Below the pieces are notes generated by a model. That model was not told where the DNA came from. It was given only the letters and a program-made list of their open reading frames with translations, and did not search any database. The position numbers were made by a program, and so were the translations under genes. DNA of 64,000 bases, taken from SAR202 cluster bacterium (GTDB taxonomy: Bacteria; Chloroflexota; Dehalococcoidia; Lucifugimonadales; VGZY01). Location of the stretch: assembly GCA_016872355.1 (NCBI GenBank), contig VGZY01000005.1, positions 6,547-70,546 on the forward strand, in the 5' to 3' direction. Numbering within the stretch: position 1 is the stretch's first letter; each line of letters starts with the position of its first letter. Positions 1-9,669 of this stretch are shown here, piece after piece.

Positions 1-1314
1 ACGGCGCAGTCCCAGGCGGGGAAGGCCGTGGCGAATGCGGAGACGGCTGTGACGGCGGCCGCGACTGCGCTGGATGCGCGCAAGTCTGATCTGGTCACCC
101 TGATGGCCGGCCCTACGGCTGATGCGGTGCAGGCCAAGAAGAACAGCGTGGAAGTTGCGAAGGCTTCCCTGGCGGACGCGGAAGCTGCGCTAGCTGATCT
201 CAAGGACGGGCCGGACGTTTTCCAACTGGATATCCAGGGTCAGCAGGTTGCGACGGCCCGCGAGACGCTGCGGACGGCGGAGGCGGCGCTGGCGGACCTG
301 CTGGCCGGCACGGCGAACTCGGGCTACGCGGCGCAGGCCAAGCAGGTGACCATTTCGCAGGCCAACCTGGACAAGGCGGTTGCGGACCTTGCGAAGCTGA
401 CTTCAGCCCCGGACGCTAACGAGCTTATCGTCAAGCAGTCCCAGGTGGATATCGCCCGCGAGAACCTCATGGACGCCGAGACCACCCTGGCGAGCTATCA
501 CCAGGTGGACGACCTGCAAATAGCGCTGCGAGAGTCGGACCTGATCGCCGCGAAGGCGGCGCTGGTGACCGCGGAGGCAAACCTTGAGGGCGCCACGCTG
601 AAGGCGCCGTTCAACGGCATCATATCCAGCGTGGCCGTATCGGTTGGCTCCAACGTTAACCAGAATACCGCCGCCATAGAGATTGTGGACCCCAAAGTGG
701 TGGTTCTTTCCGGCGCGGTTGACGAGATAGATGTGCTCTTCATTCGCACGGGCGATGCTGCCGCAGTATCGCTTGAGGCGCTGGGCGGGCAGGTGCTGGA
801 GGGCGAGATCACGTCGATCGCCTCTGCCGCGAGATCTCAGAACGGCGTTGTCACGTACCCGATTACCATCACGGTGCAGCCTCCGCAGAACATGTCGCTG
901 CCGGAAGGTATGACGGCCGTAGCGCAGATTATCGTGCAGGAGCAGCGCAACGGAATCCTGGTCCCTCTGCAGGCCGTGTATGGGACGTACCAGGCGCCGG
1001 TGGTAAAGCTGGTAAGCTCGGCCGGCAAGGTTGAGGAGCGGCCTGTCACGCTAGGCATAAGCGATGACTTCTGGACCGTTGTGACATCCGGCCTGGCCGA
1101 AGGCGATAGGGTGGCGATGACCACGACTGTCGTAACGACATCGCAGGTCACGGCGAACACACTGCAATCGTTCCAGACCCAGCGGAACCTGATTCGTGGC
1201 GGGCAGGCCGGGGTCACCGGCGCGGGCGGGGCCACCGGCGGCCAGTTCAGAGGCCAGTTTGGCGGCACGGGTGGGATAGGCCGCCAGGGCGGCCTTGTGC
1301 CGGGGGGCCGGTAG
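1..1314 (+). CDS. Efflux transporter periplasmic adaptor subunit (HlyD/MacA family), 5' end probably outside the window
   Basis: Frame 1 is open from nt 1 (ORF track starts at GTG 28). Ala/Glu/Leu-rich coiled-coil repeats (LADAEAALADL, LRTAEAALADL) are followed by the beta-barrel motif ATLKAPFNGIISSVAVSVGSNV and a Gly-rich C-terminal tail. The stop lies 2 nt before the ABC ATPase start. Confidence 0.8.
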   Translation, partial: TAQSQAGKAVANAETAVTAAATALDARKSDLVTLMAGPTADAVQAKKNSVEVAKASLADAEAALADLKDGPDVFQLDIQGQQVATARETLRTAEAALADLLAGTANSGYAAQAKQVTISQANLDKAVADLAKLTSAPDANELIVKQSQVDIARENLMDAETTLASYHQVDDLQIALRESDLIAAKAALVTAEANLEGATLKAPFNGIISSVAVSVGSNVNQNTAAIEIVDPKVVVLSGAVDEIDVLFIRTGDAAAVSLEALGGQVLEGEITSIASAARSQNGVVTYPITITVQPPQNMSLPEGMTAVAQIIVQEQRNGILVPLQAVYGTYQAPVVKLVSSAGKVEERPVTLGISDDFWTVVTSGLAEGDRVAMTTTVVTTSQVTANTLQSFQTQRNLIRGGQAGVTGAGGATGGQFRGQFGGTGGIGRQGGLVPGGR

Positions 1315-1316
1315 CC

Positions 1317-2039
1317 GTGGCACACCCGCTCATAGTATTAACGGACGCGACGAAGGTCTACCGTTTGGGTAAGGTGGACGTGCACGCCCTGGACGGCGTG
1401 ACCCTGGCGGTCGAGAAGGGCGAGTTCCTGGCGATCATGGGCGCGTCGGGGTCTGGCAAGTCCACCATGATGAACTTGCTCGGATGCCTGGACGTTCCCA
1501 CTACCGGTGCGTACTTGCTGGACGGCGAGGACGTGAGCCGGATGAGCGACAACAAGCTTGCCGAGGTGCGCAACTGCAAGATCGGATTTGTGTTCCAGCA
1601 GTACAACCTATTGCCGAAGCTTACGGCCGTGGCAAACGTGGAGCTCCCGCTCGTGTACGGCAACGTGGCGGACAGGCGCGCCCGGGCGCTGGAAGCGCTG
1701 GGCAGGGTGGGCCTGGCCAAGAGGGCGGGGCACAAGCCGTCCGAGCTTTCCGGCGGAGAGCAGCAGCGTGTGGGCATCGCGCGGGCGCTCGTGAAGAGCC
1801 CGGCGATTTTGCTGGCCGACGAGCCGACTGGCAACCTGGACTCCCGCTCCAGCGGGGAGATCATGGCTTTCATTCAAAAGTTGAACGACGAGGACGGCAT
1901 CACGATCATCCTGGTCACTCACGAGCCGGACATTGCGGCGCACGCCCGGCGGGTGGTGACGATGCGAGACGGCAAGGTCATTCGCGACCAGCTCCAGGAG
2001 CCGGTGCGCGCGGCCGTCCCGGCCGGGGCGAGGGTTTAG
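1317..2039 (+). CDS. ABC transporter ATP-binding protein (MacB/LolD type)
   Basis: Walker A GASGSGKST, signature LSGGEQQRVGIARAL, Walker B ILLADEPTGNLD, H-loop VTHE. Tightly coupled to the adaptor and permease genes. Confidence 0.95.
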   Translation: MAHPLIVLTDATKVYRLGKVDVHALDGVTLAVEKGEFLAIMGASGSGKSTMMNLLGCLDVPTTGAYLLDGEDVSRMSDNKLAEVRNCKIGFVFQQYNLLPKLTAVANVELPLVYGNVADRRARALEALGRVGLAKRAGHKPSELSGGEQQRVGIARALVKSPAILLADEPTGNLDSRSSGEIMAFIQKLNDEDGITIILVTHEPDIAAHARRVVTMRDGKVIRDQLQEPVRAAVPAGARV

Positions 2040-2045
2040 CGGCAT

Positions 2046-3290
2046 ATGAACAGCATTTCAACCATCATCACGGCGCTCTCCTCGCTGAACTCCAACCGGC
2101 TGCGGGCCGGGCTGGCGCTGCTTGGCATCGTCATCGGCGTCACGGCGGTCATCGCGCTGATGTCCATCGGGCGGGGCGCGCAGAAGCAGGTCACATCGCA
2201 GATAGAGTCGCTCGGCACCAACCTGCTGTTCGTGAACCCGGGCGCTACCACCGTCGGCGGCGTCGCCGGGCTGGCGGGGAGCGCGACGACGCTGACGCTT
2301 GACGACGCCTTCGCCCTCGTGGACCCTCTGTTTGCGCCGTCAGTTATCGCCACGGCGCCGGAGATACGGACTGTTGGGCAGGTGGTGGCGGGGAGGAAGA
2401 ACACCAGGACGCAGGTCGTCGGCGTGACGCCGGACTATGCGCCTGTGCGCGGCATGTCCATCGACTCGGGGGCTTTCATCCAGCCGCAGCATATCTCCAA
2501 CTACTCCGAGGTGACCGTCCTCGGCGCCACTGTATCCGAGACGCTGTTCGGAAACAGGGACCCGGTAGGAGAGTTTGTTCGAATCAACGGCAGGCAGTTC
2601 GTCGTAGTGGGAGTGCTGGAGAAGATGGGGGGCAGCGCGCAGGGCAGCTTCGACAACCAGATCGTCGTGCCGATCACAACGGCGTACTACCGGCTGTCCT
2701 CGCAGAGGACGACGGAGGGGTCGATCAGCGTCCAGCTGATTAACGTCCAGGTAAAAAGCGCCGGTCTTATGGAGCAGGCCGTGACGGAGGTCGCGACTGT
2801 CCTGCGGCTTCGGCACCGCATCACGGGCGAGGACGATTTTACGATAAGCAGCCAGCAGGAGACCATCGAAGCGTTGAACGAGACCACCAGCACGTTCGTT
2901 GTGTTCCTAGGGGCTATCGCGGGCATATCGCTGCTTGTGGGCGGCATCGGCATTATGAACATCATGCTCGTTTCGGTGACGGAGCGGACGCGTGAGATCG
3001 GCATACGCAAGGCTATCGGCGCGAAGCGCAGGGACATCCTGCTGCAGTTCGTGCTGGAGGCGACGCTCCTGAGCCTTGGCGGCGGCCTTGCGGGCGTTGC
3101 GCTCGGGCTCGCGGCGTCTAACTTCATTGACGGAAAGAGCTTCGGGACGCAGTCGTTCACGACAGCGTTCAGCGGGGATATAGCCCTGCTGGCGCTGGTG
3201 GTATCCTCGGGGATCGGGCTCTTTTTCGGAATCTACCCGGCGATGCGGGCGGCGCGCCTGCATCCCATCCAGGCGCTGCGGTACGAGTAA
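2046..3290 (+). CDS. ABC transporter permease, MacB/FtsX family
   Basis: N-terminal TM, about 230-aa extracytoplasmic domain, C-terminal FtsX-type 3-TM bundle. Ends ...YPAMRAARLHPIQALRYE, typical of MacB-type permeases. Confidence 0.9.
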   Translation: MNSISTIITALSSLNSNRLRAGLALLGIVIGVTAVIALMSIGRGAQKQVTSQIESLGTNLLFVNPGATTVGGVAGLAGSATTLTLDDAFALVDPLFAPSVIATAPEIRTVGQVVAGRKNTRTQVVGVTPDYAPVRGMSIDSGAFIQPQHISNYSEVTVLGATVSETLFGNRDPVGEFVRINGRQFVVVGVLEKMGGSAQGSFDNQIVVPITTAYYRLSSQRTTEGSISVQLINVQVKSAGLMEQAVTEVATVLRLRHRITGEDDFTISSQQETIEALNETTSTFVVFLGAIAGISLLVGGIGIMNIMLVSVTERTREIGIRKAIGAKRRDILLQFVLEATLLSLGGGLAGVALGLAASNFIDGKSFGTQSFTTAFSGDIALLALVVSSGIGLFFGIYPAMRAARLHPIQALRYE

Positions 3291-3318
3291 GCTATCGAGG
3301 GCTTCACAGGGGGCATTT

Positions 3319-4437
3319 ATGAAGCGGACGGTCGGGTTTCTGGCATATCTCGCCGCGCTTGGCAGCGCGATTATGGTCGGCTGTGCCGGCGGGACGCCTG
3401 CCGCCGAGACGGCAGGTTCATCTGCCATCTCAGGGCTTCCGACCCCCAGCCGCGCCTTGAGCCAGGCGGCTCCCGCCGCCGAGCCCACCGCTGCGGCGCC
3501 CGCGGCTCCGGCCGACCGGCAGCAGGGGATGGAGCAGATCCTCGCGCAGATACAGGCCCGCGTGGACGCCGGAGAGATCACGGCGGCGCAGGCGGCCGAG
3601 CTGAGGCAGAGGCTGGAGGCAGGCGGCCCCGGCGGTCCAGGAGGCCGCGGCGGCGCGTTCGTCAAACGGGGCGGCGCCATCGGGACGCTCGTGGCCATCG
3701 ATGGCTCCACGTTGACGATCAACGGGCAGCAGGGCGAAGTCAAGGCGACCATAGGGGCGGACACCGTCATTACAATCAGCGCGACCAGCACCGCGTCAGC
3801 CCTGAAGGTCGGTTCAACCGTAATGGTAGCCGGCCAGCGCGATGCCGACAACGTGTACACGGCCTTCTCATTCACCGAAATACCGCAAGACGGCGGGCCG
3901 CTTGGAGGGCTGGCGCAGCGCTTCCAGGGGCAGGAGGGCGGGACGACTGCGCCTCAGCAGCAGGGCCAGGCCGGGGGGTTCTTCCTAGGCGGCCAGGCGG
4001 GTGGGCAGCTCGGCGGGCAGATAGACCCGCGGACCCGGCAGCAGCTCTTCCAGCAGTTCCAACAGGGGGGAGGGTTCCAGGGACAGGGTGGGGGTCCGCA
4101 GGCCCAGGCGCAGGCGAAACGTCTCACCGGCACCGTGGACAAGATTGAGGGCGAAGTGGTCACGGTGAACACCGCCCAGGGTCCATTGCGCGTGAACATA
4201 ACGGCGGACACGTTCGTCAACTGGACCCGCGCAGGTACGATCGCGGAGCTCAAGGTGGGCGAGCCGGTGATAGTGAACGGCCAGCCGGGCGCGGGTGGGG
4301 TCATAGCCGCGACGTCTGTCTCCACGGGCCAGCAGGCATTCGGCGGCGTACGCGGCGGCATCCAGGGCCAGGCCGGCGGCGGCGGCCTGCGCGGCCAGGG
4401 CGGCATCCCGCCGGTCCCGGCAGGCACCGTGCAGTAG
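3319..4437 (+). CDS. Predicted lipoprotein, Gly/Gln-rich, with two repeated beta-rich modules
   Basis: Signal peptide with lipobox-like IMVGC (Cys22) and long G/Q/P low-complexity linkers. Two similar modules: GTLVAIDGSTLTINGQQGEVKATIGADTVITI...LKVGSTVMVAG and GTVDKIEGEVVTVNTAQGPLRVNITADTFVNW...LKVGEPVIVNG. Starts 28 nt after the permease stop on the same strand. Confidence 0.6.
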   Translation: MKRTVGFLAYLAALGSAIMVGCAGGTPAAETAGSSAISGLPTPSRALSQAAPAAEPTAAAPAAPADRQQGMEQILAQIQARVDAGEITAAQAAELRQRLEAGGPGGPGGRGGAFVKRGGAIGTLVAIDGSTLTINGQQGEVKATIGADTVITISATSTASALKVGSTVMVAGQRDADNVYTAFSFTEIPQDGGPLGGLAQRFQGQEGGTTAPQQQGQAGGFFLGGQAGGQLGGQIDPRTRQQLFQQFQQGGGFQGQGGGPQAQAQAKRLTGTVDKIEGEVVTVNTAQGPLRVNITADTFVNWTRAGTIAELKVGEPVIVNGQPGAGGVIAATSVSTGQQAFGGVRGGIQGQAGGGGLRGQGGIPPVPAGTVQ

Positions 4438-4546
4438 ATAGGGCCAGAAGCCATGCGATTTATCGAGGGGGGCGGGTCACACAGACCCGCCCCCAGTCTT
4501 TTTGCGGGTAGCAAAGGGCTGCCGCATAGGCGAAGCGCTCCGGGGG

Positions 4547-5749
4547 TTATTTACTAGTTGCCGGCACGCTAAGAAGCTGTTGGATTTCCTCGGGAATGTC
4601 GGCTGGAAGCGAGAGCGGCCGGTTGACCGCCGTTACGATGGTGGTGCTCGTCATGGTGCTGCGGAAAGGGCCATCGGGTTGCTGGGGGAGTCGCCACACA
4701 TTTACGCGTTCTCCCGTGGACGTATTTACGCAATCGATCTGCTTGGGAGGGAGCCAGTCCCACGTCTGGTCCTGAAGGAGGTCTTCCCGATCGGGCCTGC
4801 CGTAGCTCGTGACCTCTCCATAACCTTCACCGAACGGCTTGCACCAGTCTTTCTGGGCCTCGTCGTTGGAGAATACCGGCAGGTCCGCGGTAGCCTCCAT
4901 GGTGACCTCCATTCTGCGCAGAAGTCCGTCGTCCATCCCTATCCACACGGCCAGGGTAGTTTTCTGGAGTTTGATCGTCCACGTGTCCTTGAGAGCGGAG
5001 CCGATAGGGGACGGCGTGCGCTCACCGCTCCATTCGCGACGGACGGCGTGGTATACGTCAACCTTCTCGTTGCTTAAAGTCGTCGTTTCGATCCTGGAAA
5101 TCTCATCGAATTCTTCGGTAAGCCGCTCTAGGTCGGACATAAAGACTGCCGTGGACTTGAAATCGCCGGATGCGATCACACCGTTGGGGGCGCTACTCCT
5201 CGTCCATGGGCCCAGTACGGACGGTAAGACGGACCGGTCCAACGGCTCTCTTCTGAACAGGACGCTGCTCGTTCTAAGCGTCTGCAATTCGACTCGGGTC
5301 GTCACCTGGCCGTTGCGGGATTGAGTGGACGTTATCTCCAGGAAGCCAATCCCGCGGAGAAGGTCGTCCTGATAAGCGTATGTGCTGGTGGTAACGAAAC
5401 CGGGCGTAATGGGAGAATGCCGGACAGACTCCATCGCGTAGTGGATTGTCTCTACCTGCGACATCTTCTGGTAAGCGGCGGCGAATGCATCCCTTGGCGA
5501 GAGAGGGGAAGCGGTGCTTCCAGGGCTGATGTGCGCCATATAGGCAGCCGAGGCAATCGCAATTACGGCCACGGCTGTCGCAGCGGTTACCACCCTTACA
5601 TACCCTGGGACAGTGAACGTCCTGGTCGGCCGGGCTGCCCTTCTACTTATGGCCTTCCACCGGTCGGCCTCGATTGTCATGGGATCGAGCCGTTCCGAAA
5701 GGGCTGCCCTGACGGCATCCTCATTGATGTTGCGCTGTGATTCTTTCAT
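4547..5749 (-). CDS. Single-pass membrane protein, putative anti-sigma factor (positional inference)
   Basis: Starts 32 nt after the ECF sigma stop on the same strand. Short N-terminal segment, one TM (VRVVTAATAVAVIAIASAAYMA), about 320-aa extracytoplasmic domain. No zinc-binding anti-sigma motif seen. Confidence 0.5.
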   Translation of the reverse strand: MKESQRNINEDAVRAALSERLDPMTIEADRWKAISRRAARPTRTFTVPGYVRVVTAATAVAVIAIASAAYMAHISPGSTASPLSPRDAFAAAYQKMSQVETIHYAMESVRHSPITPGFVTTSTYAYQDDLLRGIGFLEITSTQSRNGQVTTRVELQTLRTSSVLFRREPLDRSVLPSVLGPWTRSSAPNGVIASGDFKSTAVFMSDLERLTEEFDEISRIETTTLSNEKVDVYHAVRREWSGERTPSPIGSALKDTWTIKLQKTTLAVWIGMDDGLLRRMEVTMEATADLPVFSNDEAQKDWCKPFGEGYGEVTSYGRPDREDLLQDQTWDWLPPKQIDCVNTSTGERVNVWRLPQQPDGPFRSTMTSTTIVTAVNRPLSLPADIPEEIQQLLSVPATSK

Positions 5750-5781
5750 CGTCGTATCTCCTCAGGCTGATCGCTCTGTCA

Positions 5782-6369
5782 CTAATGTGTTGATGCACGG
5801 TGGAGATCTTCGTAATTTGGCCTGTCCGCATCTTCGGCAAACTCAGCAGGCAATGTCTCGCCCAATTTCTTCAACGCGTTGTGCAGGCGGGACTTCACGG
5901 TGCCTTTTCTACAGTGCATCGCCAACGCCATCTCGGCCTCGTTGAACCCGTGGTAGTATCTGAGCACGACCGCCATGCGGTGCTCGGGAGACAGGGCTCC
6001 GATGGCGTGCCACAGTGCTGCGCTAGCCTCTGATTGTATGGCCTGCTCATCAGGCGCCATGTCAGGCGAAGGCAGCCATTCCGCCTCTTCCAACTGCGCT
6101 CCGCGCCGGTTCTGCCGCCTCAGCTCGCTAATCGAAAGATTGGCGGCGATCCGATGCAGCCACGGCCGGAAGGGACGGTTGGCATCGTAACCCCGGATGG
6201 ACCTGAAGACGTGGACGAAGACATCCTGGGTTACATCCTCGGCTGCCACCTTATTGCGCAAGATGGCGTACGCCGTCCGCATCACGGCGTCGCGATGAAT
6301 CGCAAACAGCACGCCGAGGCCGTCAAGGTCACCTAGCCGGCAACGCTCGATCGCATCTTTCTCATCCAT
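5782..6369 (-). CDS. RNA polymerase sigma factor, sigma-70 ECF subfamily
   Basis: Longest ORF (5782..6756) trimmed to ATG 6369 (MDEKDAIERC...). Region 2 (DVTQDVFVHVFRSIRGYD, FRPWLHRIAANLSISELRR) and region 4 HTH (MALAMHCRKGTVKSRLHNALKKL). Confidence 0.9.
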   Translation of the reverse strand: MDEKDAIERCRLGDLDGLGVLFAIHRDAVMRTAYAILRNKVAAEDVTQDVFVHVFRSIRGYDANRPFRPWLHRIAANLSISELRRQNRRGAQLEEAEWLPSPDMAPDEQAIQSEASAALWHAIGALSPEHRMAVVLRYYHGFNEAEMALAMHCRKGTVKSRLHNALKKLGETLPAEFAEDADRPNYEDLHRASTH

Positions 6370-6499
6370 TGTTGCTCCACATGTTTCACGGGAGACGGAC
6401 CGGGATTTCGCGCGTATCCTACTATCTATTCGCATGTGGCGTGCAGAAGGTTCACCGGGGGGTATAAGATATCGGGGAATTGCTACGGGTGAGAGGAAT

Positions 6500-7540
6500 A
6501 TGAGGACAGTTGACCTGAGGAGCGATACGAAGTCTTTGCCTTCGCCGGAGATGCGGAGGGCGATTGCGAAAGCAGAGCTTGGCGACGACGACTCCGGGGA
6601 GGACCCCACCGTTAACCGGCTGGAGGCGATGGCCGCGAAGATGCTGGGCAAGGAGGCGGCGCTGCTGGTCTCCAGCGGGACGCAGGGCAACCTGGTGTCG
6701 ATTCTCGCCGAGACCAACCGCGGCGACCACATTCTGCTCGGCGACCAGACGCACATCTACCTGGGCGAGGGCGGCGGGGTTGCCCAGATCGCGGGGGTGT
6801 CGCTTTACCCGCTGAAGAACACGGACGACGGGCTGTTCAGCCTGGATGAGATGAAGGCTACCCTCCACGCAGGTGAATACGGCTGGCCGAAGGCGACCCT
6901 CGTGTGCATCGAGAATACGCAGAACCTGGTAGGCGGCAAGGTGGTGACGCCGGAGATGATGCGGCAGGCTGGCGAGATCGCGCGGTCGTACAACCTGCCG
7001 GTGCACCTTGACGGCGCGCGGCTCTTCAACGCCGCGGTCTACCTTCGCGTGCCAGTGGCAGAGCTTGTGAAGGACGTGGACTCCGTGACGTTCTGCCTTT
7101 CGAAGGGCCTCGCCTGCCCGGTGGGGTCGATCGTGTGCGGGTCGAAGAAGATGGTCGATGAGGCGCGGAAGTGGCGGAAGCTGCTGGGCTCCAGCATGCG
7201 GCAGGCGGGGATAATCGCCGCGGCCGGCGTGGTGGCGCTCGAGCACATGGTGGACAGGCTTGCGGAGGACCATCAAAATGCCTACAGGCTGGCGCGCGGG
7301 CTGGCGTCGATTCCCGGCGTTGAGATCGACCCCGAGGGAGTGCAGACAAACCTGGTTTTCTGTAAGATTGCCGGTGCGCCGGGGAACGAGCTTTCACAGA
7401 GGTTCGCTGAGCGCGGGGTGAAGTTCTACCACATGGGCCAGCAGCGGTTCCGACTGGTGACGTACTACGGCATCACGTCGGAAGATATCGACTACGCGCT
7501 GGAGGGGATCGAGGCGGTGGTGAGGAAGCAGGGCCGGTGA
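6500..7540 (+). CDS. ltaE: Low-specificity L-threonine aldolase (beta-eliminating lyase family, PLP-dependent)
   Basis: Trimmed to ATG 6500, preceded by GAGAGGA. MRTVDLRSDT..PSPEMRRA, GDD..GEDPTVNRLE, SGTQGNL, VTFCLSKGL (PLP-lysine context). Confidence 0.85.
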   Translation: MRTVDLRSDTKSLPSPEMRRAIAKAELGDDDSGEDPTVNRLEAMAAKMLGKEAALLVSSGTQGNLVSILAETNRGDHILLGDQTHIYLGEGGGVAQIAGVSLYPLKNTDDGLFSLDEMKATLHAGEYGWPKATLVCIENTQNLVGGKVVTPEMMRQAGEIARSYNLPVHLDGARLFNAAVYLRVPVAELVKDVDSVTFCLSKGLACPVGSIVCGSKKMVDEARKWRKLLGSSMRQAGIIAAAGVVALEHMVDRLAEDHQNAYRLARGLASIPGVEIDPEGVQTNLVFCKIAGAPGNELSQRFAERGVKFYHMGQQRFRLVTYYGITSEDIDYALEGIEAVVRKQGR

Positions 7541-7557
7541 AAGCCGGATTTCGGTGG

Positions 7558-7580
7558 GGGTCCCGATGTAATCGGGGCCC
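7558..7580 (+). terminator. Weak hairpin after ltaE (possible terminator)
   Basis: GGGTCCCGA-TGTAA-TCGGGGCCC, about 9 bp including one G-U pair, 18 nt after the ltaE stop. No clear T-tract. Confidence 0.25.
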
Positions 7581-7712
7581 TCGTTGGGCACCGGACAGGC
7601 AGACGCCGGCAATGGTCCGCGACAATCGGTAACCCGCCCGAAAGGAACCAGGGCAGGTCTCAGACGTGCCCCTACCGCGTGGGCGCTGAAACTTATTGAA
7701 GAGGGGAAACTA

Positions 7713-9650
7713 ATGGCGCGCGTGGATTTACCTGAAATGCAGACTATTACCGCCACTAAGGTGGGGGCGCCGCCGGCGTGGGCGCTGATGCAGCGGCAGC
7801 TTATGCAGACGATGGAGGCCGGAGCGGAGGTAATGGTCCGCAAGTACCAGGAGCGCGGAGGCGCTCTGTACTACGGCGATTGCGTGGACGACCTGTATGA
7901 GCGCTTCTACAACTGGGGGCTTTTCTACGCCATCGGCGGCAGCGACCGTGTGCTGGAGCTGGGCCTCAGCTCATGGAACGCCATCACGCGCTACAACGAC
8001 GACGGCATCGTCCACCGCAAGAAGCACACGCACTTCAAGCACGGCGACTGGCGCAAGTACAACCAGCAGCTTCACAACGAGTACTTCAACAAGCAGACTC
8101 AGTCCGGTGCCGGCTCGTCCGAGTGGCACCACATGGGCGAGGGGAACATGGCGTTCTACGGGTTCGGCCTTGCCGACCCGACGATCTCGGAGAACGTGCG
8201 CCGCTCCCGCCGCTTCGCTGCCATGTTCATGGGAGAGGACCCGGAGGCGCAGAACTTCGACCCGAAGCGCGGGTTCTTCCTGTCGCCCATTCAGACGAGC
8301 GAGGGGCCATGGACCAACGGCACCGTTGAAAAGGCCATCTGGTGGCTGCAGGGCAAGCCGCAGAATCCCATGGCGCCCAATGGCAGGCGCTCGACGCTCT
8401 ACCCCGTCATTAAAGAGCTCCAGCCCGGCTGGGAGAACGACCCTTCGCGGCGCGACAAGATCGTGGACCTTTTCGAGAAGATCGTCCTGAGGGGCGACAC
8501 GCCCCAGAGCAACGCGGCGACGGCGCTGATCACGAATGCATACCTGTACACGGGCGAGGAAAAGTACCGGAAGTGGGTGCTCGACTATGTTGAAGGGTGG
8601 ATGGACCGCATCAAGCTGAACAACGGCATTGTGCCGGACAACATCGGCTGGGGTGGCAAGATCGGCGAGTTCCGCGAAGGCCAGTGGTGGGGCGGCCTGT
8701 ACGGCTGGAGCTGCCGCGGCATGACGAACATCTTCCACTCGCTCACCATCGGCGCGGAGTGTGCGCTGCTGCTCAGCGGCGACTACGGCTACCTGGACCT
8801 GATCCGCTCGCAGGTGAAGGTGCTGATGGACAACGGCAAGAAGGACGAGCAGGGCAACTTCGTCGCACCCACGATGCACGGGTACCAGGGGTGGTTCAAC
8901 CACGCGCCGCTGCGGACGAAGGAGCCGATCCATATCTGGCACAACTCGATGTCTGACGACGACCGGGCATTCCTGGACTACCTGCGGGACACGAACAAGT
9001 CAGTCGACTGGCTTGAGCAGCCGCAGGTGGGAGAGAAGTCGTTCCAGGACACGGACAAGGCGCGGTTCATGTTCCTGGAGGGGAAGAACCCGGACTGGCC
9101 GGTGAAGGCGTTGTCCGCCGAGCTTGGCGATGTGCTGCGCGTGGTGGACAAACAGCGCGTGGACGAGCGCGAAGCGGACAAGATGATAGAGGACAACATC
9201 GAGCCCAGCAGCCCGATCAATACTCAGGCGCTGATCCAGATGGCCCTGGGCGCGCCGCAGACGGTTTACAACGGAGGCCTGCTCCAGGCGCGCGTGCGCT
9301 ACTTCGACCCCGACCGCGCGCGCCCCGGCCTGCCGCCGGACGTCGCCGCGCTGGTGGATACGGTTACGGGCGATTCGGGCGGCATCCAGCTTGTCAACAC
9401 CAGTTTCACTGAGACGCGCCGGGTGATCGTGCAGGCGGGCGCGTTCGGTGAGCACAGCTTCACGGAGGTCCGCTGCCGTGTACAGGGCGAGGACGGTGAA
9501 CGGTCGGTGCGGGCGGACTCGCAGTACTTTGCCGTGACCCTCCCGCCGTCCACATCCGTCCGCATGCTGGCCGGGCAGAAGCGGTTCGTGAACAAGCCGT
9601 CGTACGCTTTCCCCTGGCACGGCGGCAAGGTGACGGCGCCGTTCCAGTAG
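7713..9650 (+). CDS. Hypothetical protein, 645 aa, Trp/Tyr-rich, cytoplasmic; function unknown
   Basis: Trimmed to ATG 7713 (GAAGAGGGGA upstream). GC3-rich codon usage like its neighbours. No signal peptide or TM, and no family I can name with confidence. Convergent with the sulfatase operon (19-nt gap). Confidence 0.6.
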   Translation: MARVDLPEMQTITATKVGAPPAWALMQRQLMQTMEAGAEVMVRKYQERGGALYYGDCVDDLYERFYNWGLFYAIGGSDRVLELGLSSWNAITRYNDDGIVHRKKHTHFKHGDWRKYNQQLHNEYFNKQTQSGAGSSEWHHMGEGNMAFYGFGLADPTISENVRRSRRFAAMFMGEDPEAQNFDPKRGFFLSPIQTSEGPWTNGTVEKAIWWLQGKPQNPMAPNGRRSTLYPVIKELQPGWENDPSRRDKIVDLFEKIVLRGDTPQSNAATALITNAYLYTGEEKYRKWVLDYVEGWMDRIKLNNGIVPDNIGWGGKIGEFREGQWWGGLYGWSCRGMTNIFHSLTIGAECALLLSGDYGYLDLIRSQVKVLMDNGKKDEQGNFVAPTMHGYQGWFNHAPLRTKEPIHIWHNSMSDDDRAFLDYLRDTNKSVDWLEQPQVGEKSFQDTDKARFMFLEGKNPDWPVKALSAELGDVLRVVDKQRVDEREADKMIEDNIEPSSPINTQALIQMALGAPQTVYNGGLLQARVRYFDPDRARPGLPPDVAALVDTVTGDSGGIQLVNTSFTETRRVIVQAGAFGEHSFTEVRCRVQGEDGERSVRADSQYFAVTLPPSTSVRMLAGQKRFVNKPSYAFPWHGGKVTAPFQ

Positions 9651-9669
9651 GGGTACGGGGTGCTACCCT

